A DNA stretch of 64,000 bases from Auanema rhodensis (lineage: Eukaryota > Animalia > Nematoda). Shown in pieces: positions 1 to 13,700 of this stretch. Where the stretch lies: positions 4,898,001 to 4,962,000 of the forward strand of contig OZ059900.1 of assembly GCA_964057225.1 (NCBI GenBank). Direction: 5' to 3'. The position numbers were made by a program, and so were the translations under genes. The notes beneath the pieces were generated by a model. That model worked only from the letters and a program-made list of their open reading frames with translations, searched no databases and was not told where the DNA came from. Within the stretch, counting starts at the first letter, position 1; every line of letters starts with the position of its first letter.

Positions 1-1445
1 TAGACTAATATAACCATGGGAAATTCATTTAAGTTCACAGTATTCTTCTATCTTTAACGGTATCCGAGTTACAAATCAAGATCACTTTCTTTGGATACTT
101 AGGTGGTATAGCTACTTGTTCACAAAAAATTGGAAGTCCTGGTTACCATGCATCAAACCCATTAAGATTGTGTTTCTAGACTAATATAACCATGGGGACT
201 TTATCAAATTTCACAGTATTCTTCTATCTTTAACGGTATCCGAGTTACAAATCAAGATCACTTTCTTTGGATACTTAGGTGGTATAGCTACCTGTTCACA
301 AAAAATTGGAAGTCCTGGTTACCATGCATCAAATCCTTTAAGATAGTGTTTCTAGACTAATATAACCATGGGGACTTCATCAAATTTCACAGTATTCTTC
401 TATCTTTAACGGTATCCGAGTTACAAATCAAGATCACTTTCTTTGGATACTTAGGTGGTATAGCTACCTGTTCACAAAAAATTGGAAGTCCTGGTTACCA
501 TGCATCAAACCCATTAAGATTGTGTCTCTAGACTAATATAACCATGGGAAATCCATTTAAGTTCACAGTATTCTTCTATCTTTAACGGTATCCGAGTTAC
601 AAATCAAGATCACTTTCTTTGGATACTTAGGTGGTATAGCTACCTGTTCACAAAAAATTGGAAGTCTTGGTTACCATGCATCAAACACAATACGATAGTG
701 TTTCTAGACTAATATGACCATGAGAAATTCATTTAAGTTTACAGTATTCTTCTATCTTTAACGGTATCCGAGTTACAAATCAAGATCACTTTCTTTGGAT
801 ACTTAGGTGGTATAGCTACCTGTTCACAAAAAATTGGAAGTCCTGGTTACCATGCATCAAACCCATTAAGATTGTGTTTCTAGACTAATGTAACCATGGG
901 AAATTCATTTAAGTTCACAGTATTCTTCTATCTTTAACGGTATCCGAGTTACAAATCAAGATCACTTTCTTTGGATACTTAGGTGGTATAGCTACCTGTT
1001 CACAAAAAATTGGAAGTCTTGGTTACCATGCATCAAACACAATACGATAGTGTTTCTAGACTAATATGACCATGAGAAATTCATTTAAGTTTACAGTATT
1101 CTTCTATCTTTAACGGTATCCGAGTTACAAATCAAGATCACTTTCTTTGGATACTTAGGTGGTATAGCTACCTGTTCACAAAAAATTGGAAGTCCTGGTT
1201 ACCATGCATCAAACCCATTAAGATTGTGTTTCTAGACTAATATAACCATGGGAAATTCATTTAAGTTCACAGTATTCTTCTATCTTTAACGGTATCCGAG
1301 TTACAAATCAAGATCACTTTCTTTGGATACTTAGGTGGTATAGCTACTTGTTCACAAAAAATTGGAAGTCCTGGTTACCATGCATCAAACCCATTAAGAT
1401 TGTGTTTCTAGACTAATATAACCATGGGAAATTCATTTAAGTTCA

Positions 1446-4400
1446 CAGTATTCTTCTATCTTTAACGGTATCCGAGTTACAAATCAAGATCACTTTCTTT
1501 GGATACTTAGGTGGTATAGCTACCTGTTCACAAAAAATTGGAAGTCTTGGTTACCATGCATCAAACACAATACGATAGTGTTTCTAGACTAATATGACCA
1601 TGAGAAATTCATTTAAGTTTACAGTATTCTTCTATCTTTAACGGTATCCGAGTTACAAATCAAGATCACTTTCTTTGGATACTTAGGTGGTATAGCTACC
1701 TGTTCACAAAAAATTGGAAGTCCTGGTTACCATGCATCAAATCCTTTAAGATAGTGTTTCTAGACTAATATGACCATGGGGACTTCATTAAAATTAACAG
1801 TATTCTTCTATCTTTAACGGTATCCGAGTTACAAATCAAGATCACTTTCTTTGGATACTTAGGTGGTATAGCTACCTGTTCACAAAAAATTGGAAGTCCT
1901 GGTTACCATGCATCAAATCCTTTAAGATAGTGTTTCTAGACTAATATGACCATGGGGACTTCATTAAAATTAACAGTATTCTTCTATCTTTAACGGTATC
2001 CGAGTTACAAATCAAGATCACTTTCTTTGGATACTTAGGTGGTATAGCTACCTGTTCACAAAAAATTGGGAGTCCTGGTTACCATGCATCAAACCCATTA
2101 AGATTGTGTTTCTAGACTAATATAACCATGGGAAATTCATTTAAGTTCACAGTATTCTTTTATCTTTAACGGTATCCGAGTTACAAATCAAGATCACTTT
2201 CTTTGGATACTTATGTGGTATAGCTACCTGTTCACAAAAAATTGGAAGTCCTGGTTACCATGCATCAAATCCTTTAAGATAGTGTTTCTAGACTAATATA
2301 ACCATGGGGACTTTATCAAAGTTCACAGTATTCTTCTATCTTTAACGGTATCCGAGTTACAAATCAAGATCACTTTCTTTGGATACTTATGTGGTATAGC
2401 TACCTGTTCACAAAAAATTGGAAGTCCTGGTTACCATGCATCAAACCCATTAAGATTGTGTTTCTAGACTAATATAACCATGGGAAATTCATTTAAGTTC
2501 ACAGTATTCTTCTATCTTTAACGGTATCCGAGTTACAAATCAAGATCACTTTCTTTAGATACTTAGGTGGTATAGCTACCTGTTCACAAAAAATTGGAAG
2601 TCCTGGTTACCATGCATCAAATCCTTTAAGATAGTGTTTCTTGACTAATATAACCATGGGGACTTCATCAAATTTCACAGTATTCTTCTATCTTTAACGG
2701 TATCCGAGTTACAAATCAAGATCACTTTCTTTGGATACTTAGGTGGTATAGCTACCTGTTCACAAAAAATTGGAAGTCCTGGTTACCATGCATCAAACCC
2801 ATTAAGATTGTGTTTCTAGACTAATATGACCATGAGAAATTCATTTAAGTTCACAGTATTCTTCTATCTTTAACGGTATCCGAGTTACAAATCAAGATCA
2901 CTTTCTTTGGATACTTAGGTGGTATAGCTACCTGTTCACAAAAAATTGGAAGTCCTGGTTACCATGCATCAAACCCATTAAGATTGTGTTTCTAGACTAA
3001 TATGACCATGGGAAATTTATTTAAGTACACAGTATTCTTCTATCTTTAACGGTATCCGAGTTACAAATCAAGATCACTTTCTTTGGATACTTATGTGGTA
3101 TAGCTACCTGTTCACAAAAAATTGGAAGTCCTGGTTACCATGCATCAAATCCTTTAACATAGTGTTTCTAGACTAATATAACCATGGGAAATTCATTTAA
3201 GTTCACAGTATTCTTCTATCTTTAACGGTATCCGAGTTACAAATCAAGATCACTTTCTTTGGATACTTAGGTGGTATAGCTACCTGTTCACAAAAAATTG
3301 GAAGTCCTGGTTACCATGCATCAAACCCATTAAGATTGTGTTTCTAGACTAATATAACCATGGGAAATTCATTTAAGTTCACAGTATTCTTCTATCTTTA
3401 ACGGTATCCGAGTTACAAATCAAGATCACTTTCTTTGGATACTTAGGTGGTATAGCTACTTGTTCACAAAAAATTGGAAGTCCTGGTTACCATGCATCAA
3501 ACCCATTAAGATTGTGTTTCTAGACTAATATAACCATGGGAAATTCATTTAAGTTCACAGTATTCTTCTATCTTTAACGGTATCCGAGTTACAAATCAAG
3601 ATCACTTTCTTTGGATACTTAGGTGGTATAGCTACCTGTTCACAAAAAATTGGAAGTCTTGGTTACCATGCATCAAACACAATACGATAGTGTTTCTAGA
3701 CTAATATGACCATGAGAAATTCATTTAAGTTTACAGTATTCTTCTATCTTTAACGGTATCCGAGTTACAAATCAAGATCACTTTCTTTGGATACTTAGGT
3801 GGTATAGCTACCTGTTCACAAAAAATTGGAAGTCCTGGTTACCATGCATCAAACACAATACGATAGTGTTTCTAGACTAATATGACCATGAGAAATTCAT
3901 CAAATTTCACAGTATTCTTCTATCTTTAACGGTATCCGAGTTACAAATCAAGATCACTTTCTTTGGATACTTAGGTGGTATAGCTACCTGTTCACAAAAA
4001 ATTGGAAGTCCTGGTTACCATGCATCAAACCCATTAAGATTGTGTCTCTAGACTAATATAACCATGGGAAATTCATTTAAGTTCACAGTATTCTTCTATC
4101 TTTAACGGTATCCGAGTTACAAATCAAGATCACTTTCTTTGGATACTTAGGTGGTATAGCTACCTGTTCACAAAAAATTGGAAGTCCTGGTTACCATGCA
4201 TCAAACCCATTAAGATTGTGTTTCTAGACTAATATAACCATGGGAAATTCATTTAAGTTCACAGTATTCTTCTATCTTTAACGGTATCCGAGTTACAAAT
4301 CAAGATCACTTTCTTTGGATACTTAGGTGGTATAGCTACCTGTTCACAAAAAATTGGAAGTCTTGGTTACCATGCATCAAACACAATACGATAGTGTTTC

Positions 4401-7400
4401 TAGACTAATATGACCATGAGAAATTCATTTAAGTTTACAGTATTCTTCTATCTTTAACGGTATCCGAGTTACAAATCAAGATCACTTTCTTTGGATACTT
4501 AGGTGGTATAGCTACCTGTTCACAAAAAATTGGAAGTCCTGGTTACCATGCATCAAACCCATTAAGATTGTGTCTCTAGACTAATATAACCATGGGAAAT
4601 TCATTTAAGTTCACAGTATTCTTCTATCTTTAACGGTATCCGAGTTACAAATCAAGATCACTTTCTTTGGATACTTAGGTGGTATAGCTACCTGTTCACA
4701 AAAAATTGGAAGTCCTGGTTACCATGCATCAAACCCATTAAGATTGTGTTTCTAGACTAATATAACCATGGGAAATTCATTTAAGTTCACAGTATTCTTC
4801 TATCTTTAACGGTATCCGAGTTACAAATCAAGATCACTTTCTTTGGATACTTAGGTGGTATAGCTACTTGTTCACAAAAAATTGGAAGTCCTGGTTACCA
4901 TGCATCAAACCCATTAAGATTGTGTTTCTAGACTAATATAACCATGGGGACTTTATCAAATTTCACAGTATTCTTCTATCTTTAACGGTATCCGAGTTAC
5001 AAATCAAGATCACTTTCTTTGGATACTTAGGTGGTATAGCTACCTGTTCACAAAAAATTGGAAGTCTTGGTTACCATGCATCAAACACAATACGATAGTG
5101 TTTCTAGACTAATATGACCATGAGAAATTCATTTAAGTTTACAGTATTCTTCTATCTTTAACGGTATCCGAGTTACAAATCAAGATCACTTTCTTTGGAT
5201 ACTTAGGTGGTATAGCTACCTGTTCACAAAAAATTGGAAGTCCTGGTTACCATGCATCAAATCCTTTAAGATAGTGTTTCTAGACTAATATGACCATGGG
5301 GACTTCATTAAAATTAACAGTATTCTTCTATCTTTAACGGTATCCGAGTTACAAATCAAGATCACTTTCTTTGGATACTTAGGTGGTATAGCTACCTGTT
5401 CACAAAAAATTGGAAGTCCTGGTTACCATGCATCAAATCCTTTAAGATAGTGTTTCTAGACTAATATGACCATGGGGACTTCATTAAAATTAACAGTATT
5501 CTTCTATCTTTAACGGTATCCGAGTTACAAATCAAGATCACTTTCTTTGGATACTTAGGTGGTATAGCTACCTGTTCACAAAAAATTGGAAGTCCTGGTT
5601 ACCATGCATCAAACCCATTAAGATTGTGTTTCTAGACTAATATAACCATGGGAAATTCATTTAAGTTCACAGTATTCTTTTATCTTTAACGGTATCCGAG
5701 TTACAAATCAAGATCACTTTCTTTGGATACTTATGTGGTATAGCTACCTGTTCACAAAAAATTGGAAGTCCTGGTTACCATGCATCAAATCCTTTAAGAT
5801 AGTGTTTCTAGACTAATATAACCATGGGGACTTTATCAAAGTTCACAGTATTCTTCTATCTTTAACGGTATCCGAGTTACAAATCAAGATCACTTTCTTT
5901 GGATACTTATGTGGTATAGCTACCTGTTCACAAAAAATTGGAAGTCCTGGTTACCATGCATCAAACCCATTAAGATTGTGTTTCTAGACTAATATAACCA
6001 TGGGAAATTCATTTAAGTTCACAGTATTCTTCTATCTTTAACGGTATCCGAGTTACAAATCAAGATCACTTTCTTTAGATACTTAGGTGGTATAGCTACC
6101 TGTTCACAAAAAATTGGAAGTCCTGGTTACCATGCATCAAATCCTTTAAGATAGTGTTTCTTGACTAATATAACCATGGGGACTTCATCAAATTTCACAG
6201 TATTCTTCTATCTTTAACGGTATCCGAGTTACAAATCAAGATCACTTTCTTTGGATACTTAGGTGGTATAGCTACCTGTTCACAAAAAATTGGAAGTCCT
6301 GGTTACCATGCATCAAACCCATTAAGATTGTGTTTCTAGACTAATATGACCATGAGAAATTCATTTAAGTTCACAGTATTCTTCTATCTTTAACGGTATC
6401 CGAGTTACAAATCAAGATCACTTTCTTTGGATACTTAGGTGGTATAGCTACCTGTTCACAAAAAATTGGAAGTCCTGGTTACCATGCATCAAACCCATTA
6501 AGATTGTGTTTCTAGACTAATATGACCATGGGAAATTTATTTAAGTACACAGTATTCTTCTATCTTTAACGGTATCCGAGTTACAAATCAAGATCACTTT
6601 CTTTGGATACTTATGTGGTATAGCTACCTGTTCACAAAAAATTGGAAGTCCTGGTTACCATGCATCAAATCCTTTAACATAGTGTTTCTAGACTAATATA
6701 ACCATGGGAAATTCATTTAAGTTCACAGTATTCTTCTATCTTTAACGGTATCCGAGTTACAAATCAAGATCACTTTCTTTGGATACTTAGGTGGTATAGC
6801 TACCTGTTCACAAAAAATTGGAAGTCCTGGTTACCATGCATCAAACCCATTAAGATTGTGTTTCTAGACTAATATAACCATGGGAAATTCATTTAAGTTC
6901 ACAGTATTCTTCTATCTTTAACGGTATCCGAGTTACAAATCAAGATCACTTTCTTTGGATACTTAGGTGGTATAGCTACTTGTTCACAAAAAATTGGAAG
7001 TCCTGGTTACCATGCATCAAACCCATTAAGATTGTGTTTCTAGACTAATATAACCATGGGAAATTCATTTAAGTTCACAGTATTCTTCTATCTTTAACGG
7101 TATCCGAGTTACAAATCAAGATCACTTTCTTTGGATACTTAGGTGGTATAGCTACCTGTTCACAAAAAATTGGAAGTCTTGGTTACCATGCATCAAACAC
7201 AATACGATAGTGTTTCTAGACTAATATGACCATGAGAAATTCATTTAAGTTTACAGTATTCTTCTATCTTTAACGGTATCCGAGTTACAAATCAAGATCA
7301 CTTTCTTTGGATACTTAGGTGGTATAGCTACCTGTTCACAAAAAATTGGAAGTCCTGGTTACCATGCATCAAACACAATACGATAGTGTTTCTAGACTAA

Positions 7401-7725
7401 TATGACCATGAGAAATTCATCAAATTTCACAGTATTCTTCTATCTTTAACGGTATCCGAGTTACAAATCAAGATCACTTTCTTTGGATACTTAGGTGGTA
7501 TAGCTACCTGTTCACAAAAAATTGGAAGTCCTGGTTACCATGCATCAAACCCATTAAGATTGTGTCTCTAGACTAATATAACCATGGGAAATTCATTTAA
7601 GTTCACAGTATTCTTCTATCTTTAACGGTATCCGAGTTACAAATCAAGATCACTTTCTTTGGATACTTAGGTGGTATAGCTACCTGTTCACAAAAAATTG
7701 GAAGTCCTGGTTACCATGCATCAAA
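1446..7725. repeat. Block duplication of ~15-16 monomers (~1446-4205 copied at ~4966-7725), offset 3520 bp = 20 monomers
   Basis: The rare variant TTCTTTAGAT occurs at 2551 and 6071 (3520 apart). The flanking monomer alleles occur in the same order. One difference noticed (G at 2070). Confidence 0.85.
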
Positions 7726-10700
7726 CACAATACGATAGTGTTTCTAGACTAATATGACCATGAGAAATTCATTTAAGTTTACAGTATTCTTCTATCTTTA
7801 ACGGTATCCGAGTTACAAATCAAGATCACTTTCTTTGGATACTTAGGTGGTATAGCTACCTGTTCACAAAAAATTGGAAGTCCTGGTTACCATGCATCAA
7901 ACACAATACGATAGTGTTTCTAGACTAATATGACCATGAGAAATTCATCAAATTTCACAGTATTCTTCTATCTTTAACGGTATCCGAGTTACAAATCAAG
8001 ATCACTTTCTTTGGATACTTAGGTGGTATAGCTACCTGTTCACAAAAAATTGGAAGTCCTGGTTACCATGCATCAAACCCATTAAGATTGTGTTTCTAGA
8101 CTAATATGACCATGAGAAATTCATTTAAGTTCACAGTATTCTTCTATCTTTAACGGTATCCGAGTTACAAATCAAGATCACTTTCTTTGGATACTTAGGT
8201 GGTATAGCTACCTGTTCACAAAAAATTGGAAGTCCTGGTTACCATGCATCAAACCCATTAAGATTGTGTTTCTAGACTAATATGACCATGGGAAATTTAT
8301 TTAAGTACACAGTATTCTTCTATCTTTAACGGTATCCGAGTTACAAATCAAGATCACTTTCTTTGGATACTTAGGTGGTATAGCTACCTGTTCACAAAAA
8401 ATTGGAAGTCCTGGTTACCATGCATCAAACCCATTAAGATTGTGTTTCTAGACTAATATAACCATGGGAAATTCATTTAAGTTCACAGTATTCTTCTATC
8501 TTTAACGGTATCCGAGTTACAAATCAAGATCACTTTCTTTGGATACTTAGGTGGTATAGCTACCTGTTCACAAAAAATTGGAAGTCTTGGTTACCATGCA
8601 TCAAACACAATACGATAGTGTTTCTAGACTAATATGACCATGAGAAATTCATTAAAGTTTACAGTATTCTTCTATCTTTAACGGTATCCGAGTTACAAAT
8701 CAAGATCACTTTCTTTGGATACTTAGGTGGTATAGCTACCTGTTCACAAAAAATTGGAAGTCCTGGTTACCATGCATCAAACCCATTAAGATTGTGTTTC
8801 TAGACTAATATAACCATGGGAAATTCATTTAAGTTCACAGTATTCTTCTATCTTTAACGGTATCCGAGTTACAAATCAAGATCACTTTCTTTGGATACTT
8901 AGGTGGTATAGCTACCTGTTCACAAAAAATTGGAAGTCCTGGTTACCATGCATCAAACCCATTAAGATTGTGTTTCTAGACTAATATAACCATGGGGACT
9001 TTATCAAATTTCACAGTATTCTTCTATCTTTAACGGTATCCGAGTTACAAATCAAGATCACTTTCTTTGGATACTTAGGTGGTATAGCTACCTGTTCACA
9101 AAAAATTGGAAGTCCTGGTTACCATGCATCAAATCCTTTAAGATAGTGTTTCTAGACTAATATAACCATGGGGACTTCATCAAATTTCACAGTATTCTTC
9201 TATCTTTAACGGTATCCGAGTTACAAATCAAGATCACTTTCTTTGGATACTTAGGTGGTATAGCTACCTGTTCACAAAAAATTGGAAGTCCTGGTTACCA
9301 TGCATCAAACCCATTAAGATTGTGTCTCTAGACTAATATAACCATGGGAAATTCATTTAAGTTCACAGTATTCTTCTATCTTTAACGGTATCCGAGTTAC
9401 AAATCAAGATCACTTTCTTTGGATACTTAGGTGGTATAGCTACCTGTTCACAAAAAATTGGAAGTCCTGGTTACCATGCATCAAACCCATTAAGATTGTG
9501 TTTCTAGACTAATATAACCATGGGAAATTCATTTAAGTTCACAGTATTCTTCTATCTTTAACGGTATCCGAGTTACAAATCAAGATCACTTTCTTTGGAT
9601 ACTTAGGTGGTATAGCTACCTGTTCACAAAAAATTGGAAGTCTTGGTTACCATGCATCAAACACAATACGATAGTGTTTCTAGACTAATATGACCATGAG
9701 AAATTCATTTAAGTTTACAGTATTCTTCTATCTTTAACGGTATCCGAGTTACAAATCAAGATCACTTTCTTTGGATACTTAGGTGGTATAGCTACCTGTT
9801 CACAAAAAATTGGAAGTCCTGGTTACCATGCATCAAACCCATTAAGATTGTGTTTCTAGACTAATATAACCATGGGAAATTCATTTAAGTTCACAGTATT
9901 CTTCTATCTTTAACGGTATCCGAGTTACAAATCAAGATCACTTTCTTTGGATACTTAGGTGGTATAGCTACCTGTTCACAAAAAATTGGAAGTCTTGGTT
10001 ACCATGCATCAAACACAATACGATAGTGTTTCTAGACTAATATAACCATGGGAAATTCATTTAAGTTCACAGTATTCTTCTATCTTTAACGGTATCCGAG
10101 TTACAAATCAAGATCACTTTCTTTGGATACTTAGGTGGTATAGCTACCTGTTCACAAAAAATTGGAAGTCCTGGTTACCATGCATCAAACCCATTAAGAT
10201 TGTGTTTCTAGACTAATATAACCATGGGAAATTCATTTAAGTTCACAGTATTCTTCTATCTTTAACGGTATCCGAGTTACAAATCAAGATCACTTTCTTT
10301 GGATACTTAGGTGGTATAGCTACTTGTTCACAAAAAATTGGAAGTCCTGGTTACCATGCATCAAACCCATTAAGATTGTGTTTCTAGACTAATATAACCA
10401 TGGGAAATTCATTTAAGTTCACAGTATTCTTCTATCTTTAACGGTATCCGAGTTACAAATCAAGATCACTTTCTTTGGATACTTAGGTGGTATAGCTACC
10501 TGTTCACAAAAAATTGGAAGTCTTGGTTACCATGCATCAAACACAATACGATAGTGTTTCTAGACTAATATGACCATGAGAAATTCATTTAAGTTTACAG
10601 TATTCTTCTATCTTTAACGGTATCCGAGTTACAAATCAAGATCACTTTCTTTGGATACTTAGGTGGTATAGCTACTTGTTCACAAAAAATTGGAAGTCCT

Positions 10701-13700
10701 GGTTACCATGCATCAAATCCTTTAAGATAGTGTTTCTAGACTAATATAACCATGGGGACTTTATCAAAGTTCACAGTATTCTTCTATCTTTAACGGTATC
10801 CGAGTTACAAATCAAGATCACTTTCTTTGGATACTTAGGTGGTATAGCTACCTGTTCACAAAAAATTGGAAGTCCTGGTTACCATGCATCAAATCCTTTA
10901 AGATAGTGTTTCTAGACTAATATGACCATGGGGACTTCATTAAAATTAACAGTATTCTTCTATCTTTAACGGTATCCGAGTTACAAATCAAGATCACTTT
11001 CTTTGGATACTTAGGTGGTATAGCTACCTGTTCACAAAAAATTGGAAGTCCTGGTTACCATGCATCAAATCCTTTAAGATAGTGTTTCTAGACTAATATG
11101 ACCATGGGGACTTCATTAAAATTAACAGTATTCTTCTATCTTTAACGGTATCCGAGTTACAAATCAAGATCACTTTCTTTGGATACTTAGGTGGTATAGC
11201 TACCTGTTCACAAAAAATTGGAAGTCCTGGTTACCATGCATCAAACACAATACGATAGTGTTTCTAGACTAATATGACCATGAGAAATTCATTTAAGTTT
11301 ACAGTATTCTTCTATCTTTAACGGTATCCGAGTTACAAATCAAGATCACTTTCTTTGGATACTTAGGTGGTATAGCTACCTGTTCACAAAAAATTGGAAG
11401 TCCTGGTTACCATGCATCAAATCCTTTAAGATAGTGTTTCTAGACTAATATAACCATGGGGACTTTATCAAAGTTCACAGTATTCTTCTATCTTTAACGG
11501 TATCCGAGTTACAAATCAAGATCACTTTCTTTGGATACTTAGGTGGTATAGCTACCTGTTCACAAAAAATTGGAAGTCCTGGTTACCATGCATCAAATCC
11601 TTTAAGATAGTGTTTCTAGACTAATATGACCATGGGGACTTCATTAAAATTAACAGTATTCTTCTATCTTTAACGGTATCCGAGTTACAAATCAAGATCA
11701 CTTTCTTTGGATACTTAGGTGGTATAGCTACCTGTTCACAAAAAATTGGAAGTCCTGGTTACCATGCATCAAATCCTTTAAGATAGTGTTTCTAGACTAA
11801 TATGACCATGGGGACTTCATTAAAATTAACAGTATTCTTCTATCTTTAACGGTATCCGAGTTACAAATCAAGATCACTTTCTTTGGATACTTAGGTGGTA
11901 TAGCTACCTGTTCACAAAAAATTGGAAGTCCTGGTTACCATGCATCAAACCCATTAAGATTGTGTTTCTAGACTAATATAACCATGGGAAATTCATTTAA
12001 GTTCACAGTATTCTTTTATCTTTAACGGTATCCGAGTTACAAATCAAGATCACTTTCTTTGGATACTTATGTGGTATAGCTACCTGTTCACAAAAAATTG
12101 GAAGTCCTGGTTACCATGCATCAAATCCTTTAAGATAGTGTTTCTAGACTAATATAACCATGGGGACTTTATCAAAGTTCACAGTATTCTTCTATCTTTA
12201 ACGGTATCCGAGTTACAAATCAAGATCACTTTCTTTGGATACTTATGTGGTATAGCTACCTGTTCACAAAAAATTGGAAGTCCTGGTTACCATGCATCAA
12301 ACCCATTAAGATTGTGTTTCTAGACTAATATAACCATGGGAAATTCATTTAAGTTCACAGTATTCTTCTATCTTTAACGGTATCCGAGTTACAAATCAAG
12401 ATCACTTTCTTTGGATACTTAGGTGGTATAGCTACCTGTTCACAAAAAATTGGAAGTCCTGGTTACCATGCATCAAATCCTTTAAGATAGTGTTTCTTGA
12501 CTAATATAACCATGGGGACTTCATCAAATTTCACAGTATTCTTCTATCTTTAACGGTATCCGAGTTACAAATCAAGATCACTTTCTTTGGATACTTAGGT
12601 GGTATAGCTACTTGTTCACAAAAAATTGGAAGTCCTGGTTACCATGCATCAAACCCATTAAGATTGTGTTTCTAGACTAATATAACCATGGGAAATTCAT
12701 TTAAGTTCACAGTATTCTTCTATCTTTAACGGTATCCGAGTTACAAATCAAGATCACTTTCTTTGGATACTTAGGTGGTATAGCTACCTGTTCACAAAAA
12801 ATTGGAAGTCTTGGTTACCATGCATCAAACACAATACGATAGTGTTTCTAGACTAATATGACCATGAGAAATTCATTTAAGTTTACAGTATTCTTCTATC
12901 TTTAACGGTATCCGAGTTACAAATCAAGATCACTTTCTTTGGATACTTAGGTGGTATAGCTACCTGTTCACAAAAAATTGGAAGTCCTGGTTACCATGCA
13001 TCAAATCCTTTAAGATAGTGTTTCTAGACTAATATGACCATGGGGACTTCATTAAAATTAACAGTATTCTTCTATCTTTAACGGTATCCGAGTTACAAAT
13101 CAAGATCACTTTCTTTGGATACTTAGGTGGTATAGCTACCTGTTCACAAAAAATTGGAAGTCCTGGTTACCATGCATCAAATCCTTTAAGATAGTGTTTC
13201 TAGACTAATATGACCATGGGGACTTCATTAAAATTAACAGTATTCTTCTATCTTTAACGGTATCCGAGTTACAAATCAAGATCACTTTCTTTGGATACTT
13301 AGGTGGTATAGCTACCTGTTCACAAAAAATTGGAAGTCCTGGTTACCATGCATCAAACCCATTAAGATTGTGTTTCTAGACTAATATAACCATGGGAAAT
13401 TCATTTAAGTTCACAGTATTCTTTTATCTTTAACGGTATCCGAGTTACAAATCAAGATCACTTTCTTTGGATACTTATGTGGTATAGCTACCTGTTCACA
13501 AAAAATTGGAAGTCCTGGTTACCATGCATCAAATCCTTTAAGATAGTGTTTCTTGACTAATATAACCATGGGGACTTCATCAAATTTCACAGTATTCTTC
13601 TATCTTTAACGGTATCCGAGTTACAAATCAAGATCACTTTCTTTGGATACTTAGGTGGTATAGCTACCTGTTCACAAAAAATTGGAAGTCCTGGTTACCA

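Noticed and set aside
1-200. Synthetic construct (XbaI, NcoI, NsiI, BstEII sites in each unit)
   Set aside because: Nested HORs, zoned variants and natural loss of sites (e.g. TCTTGA) indicate natural satellite evolution.
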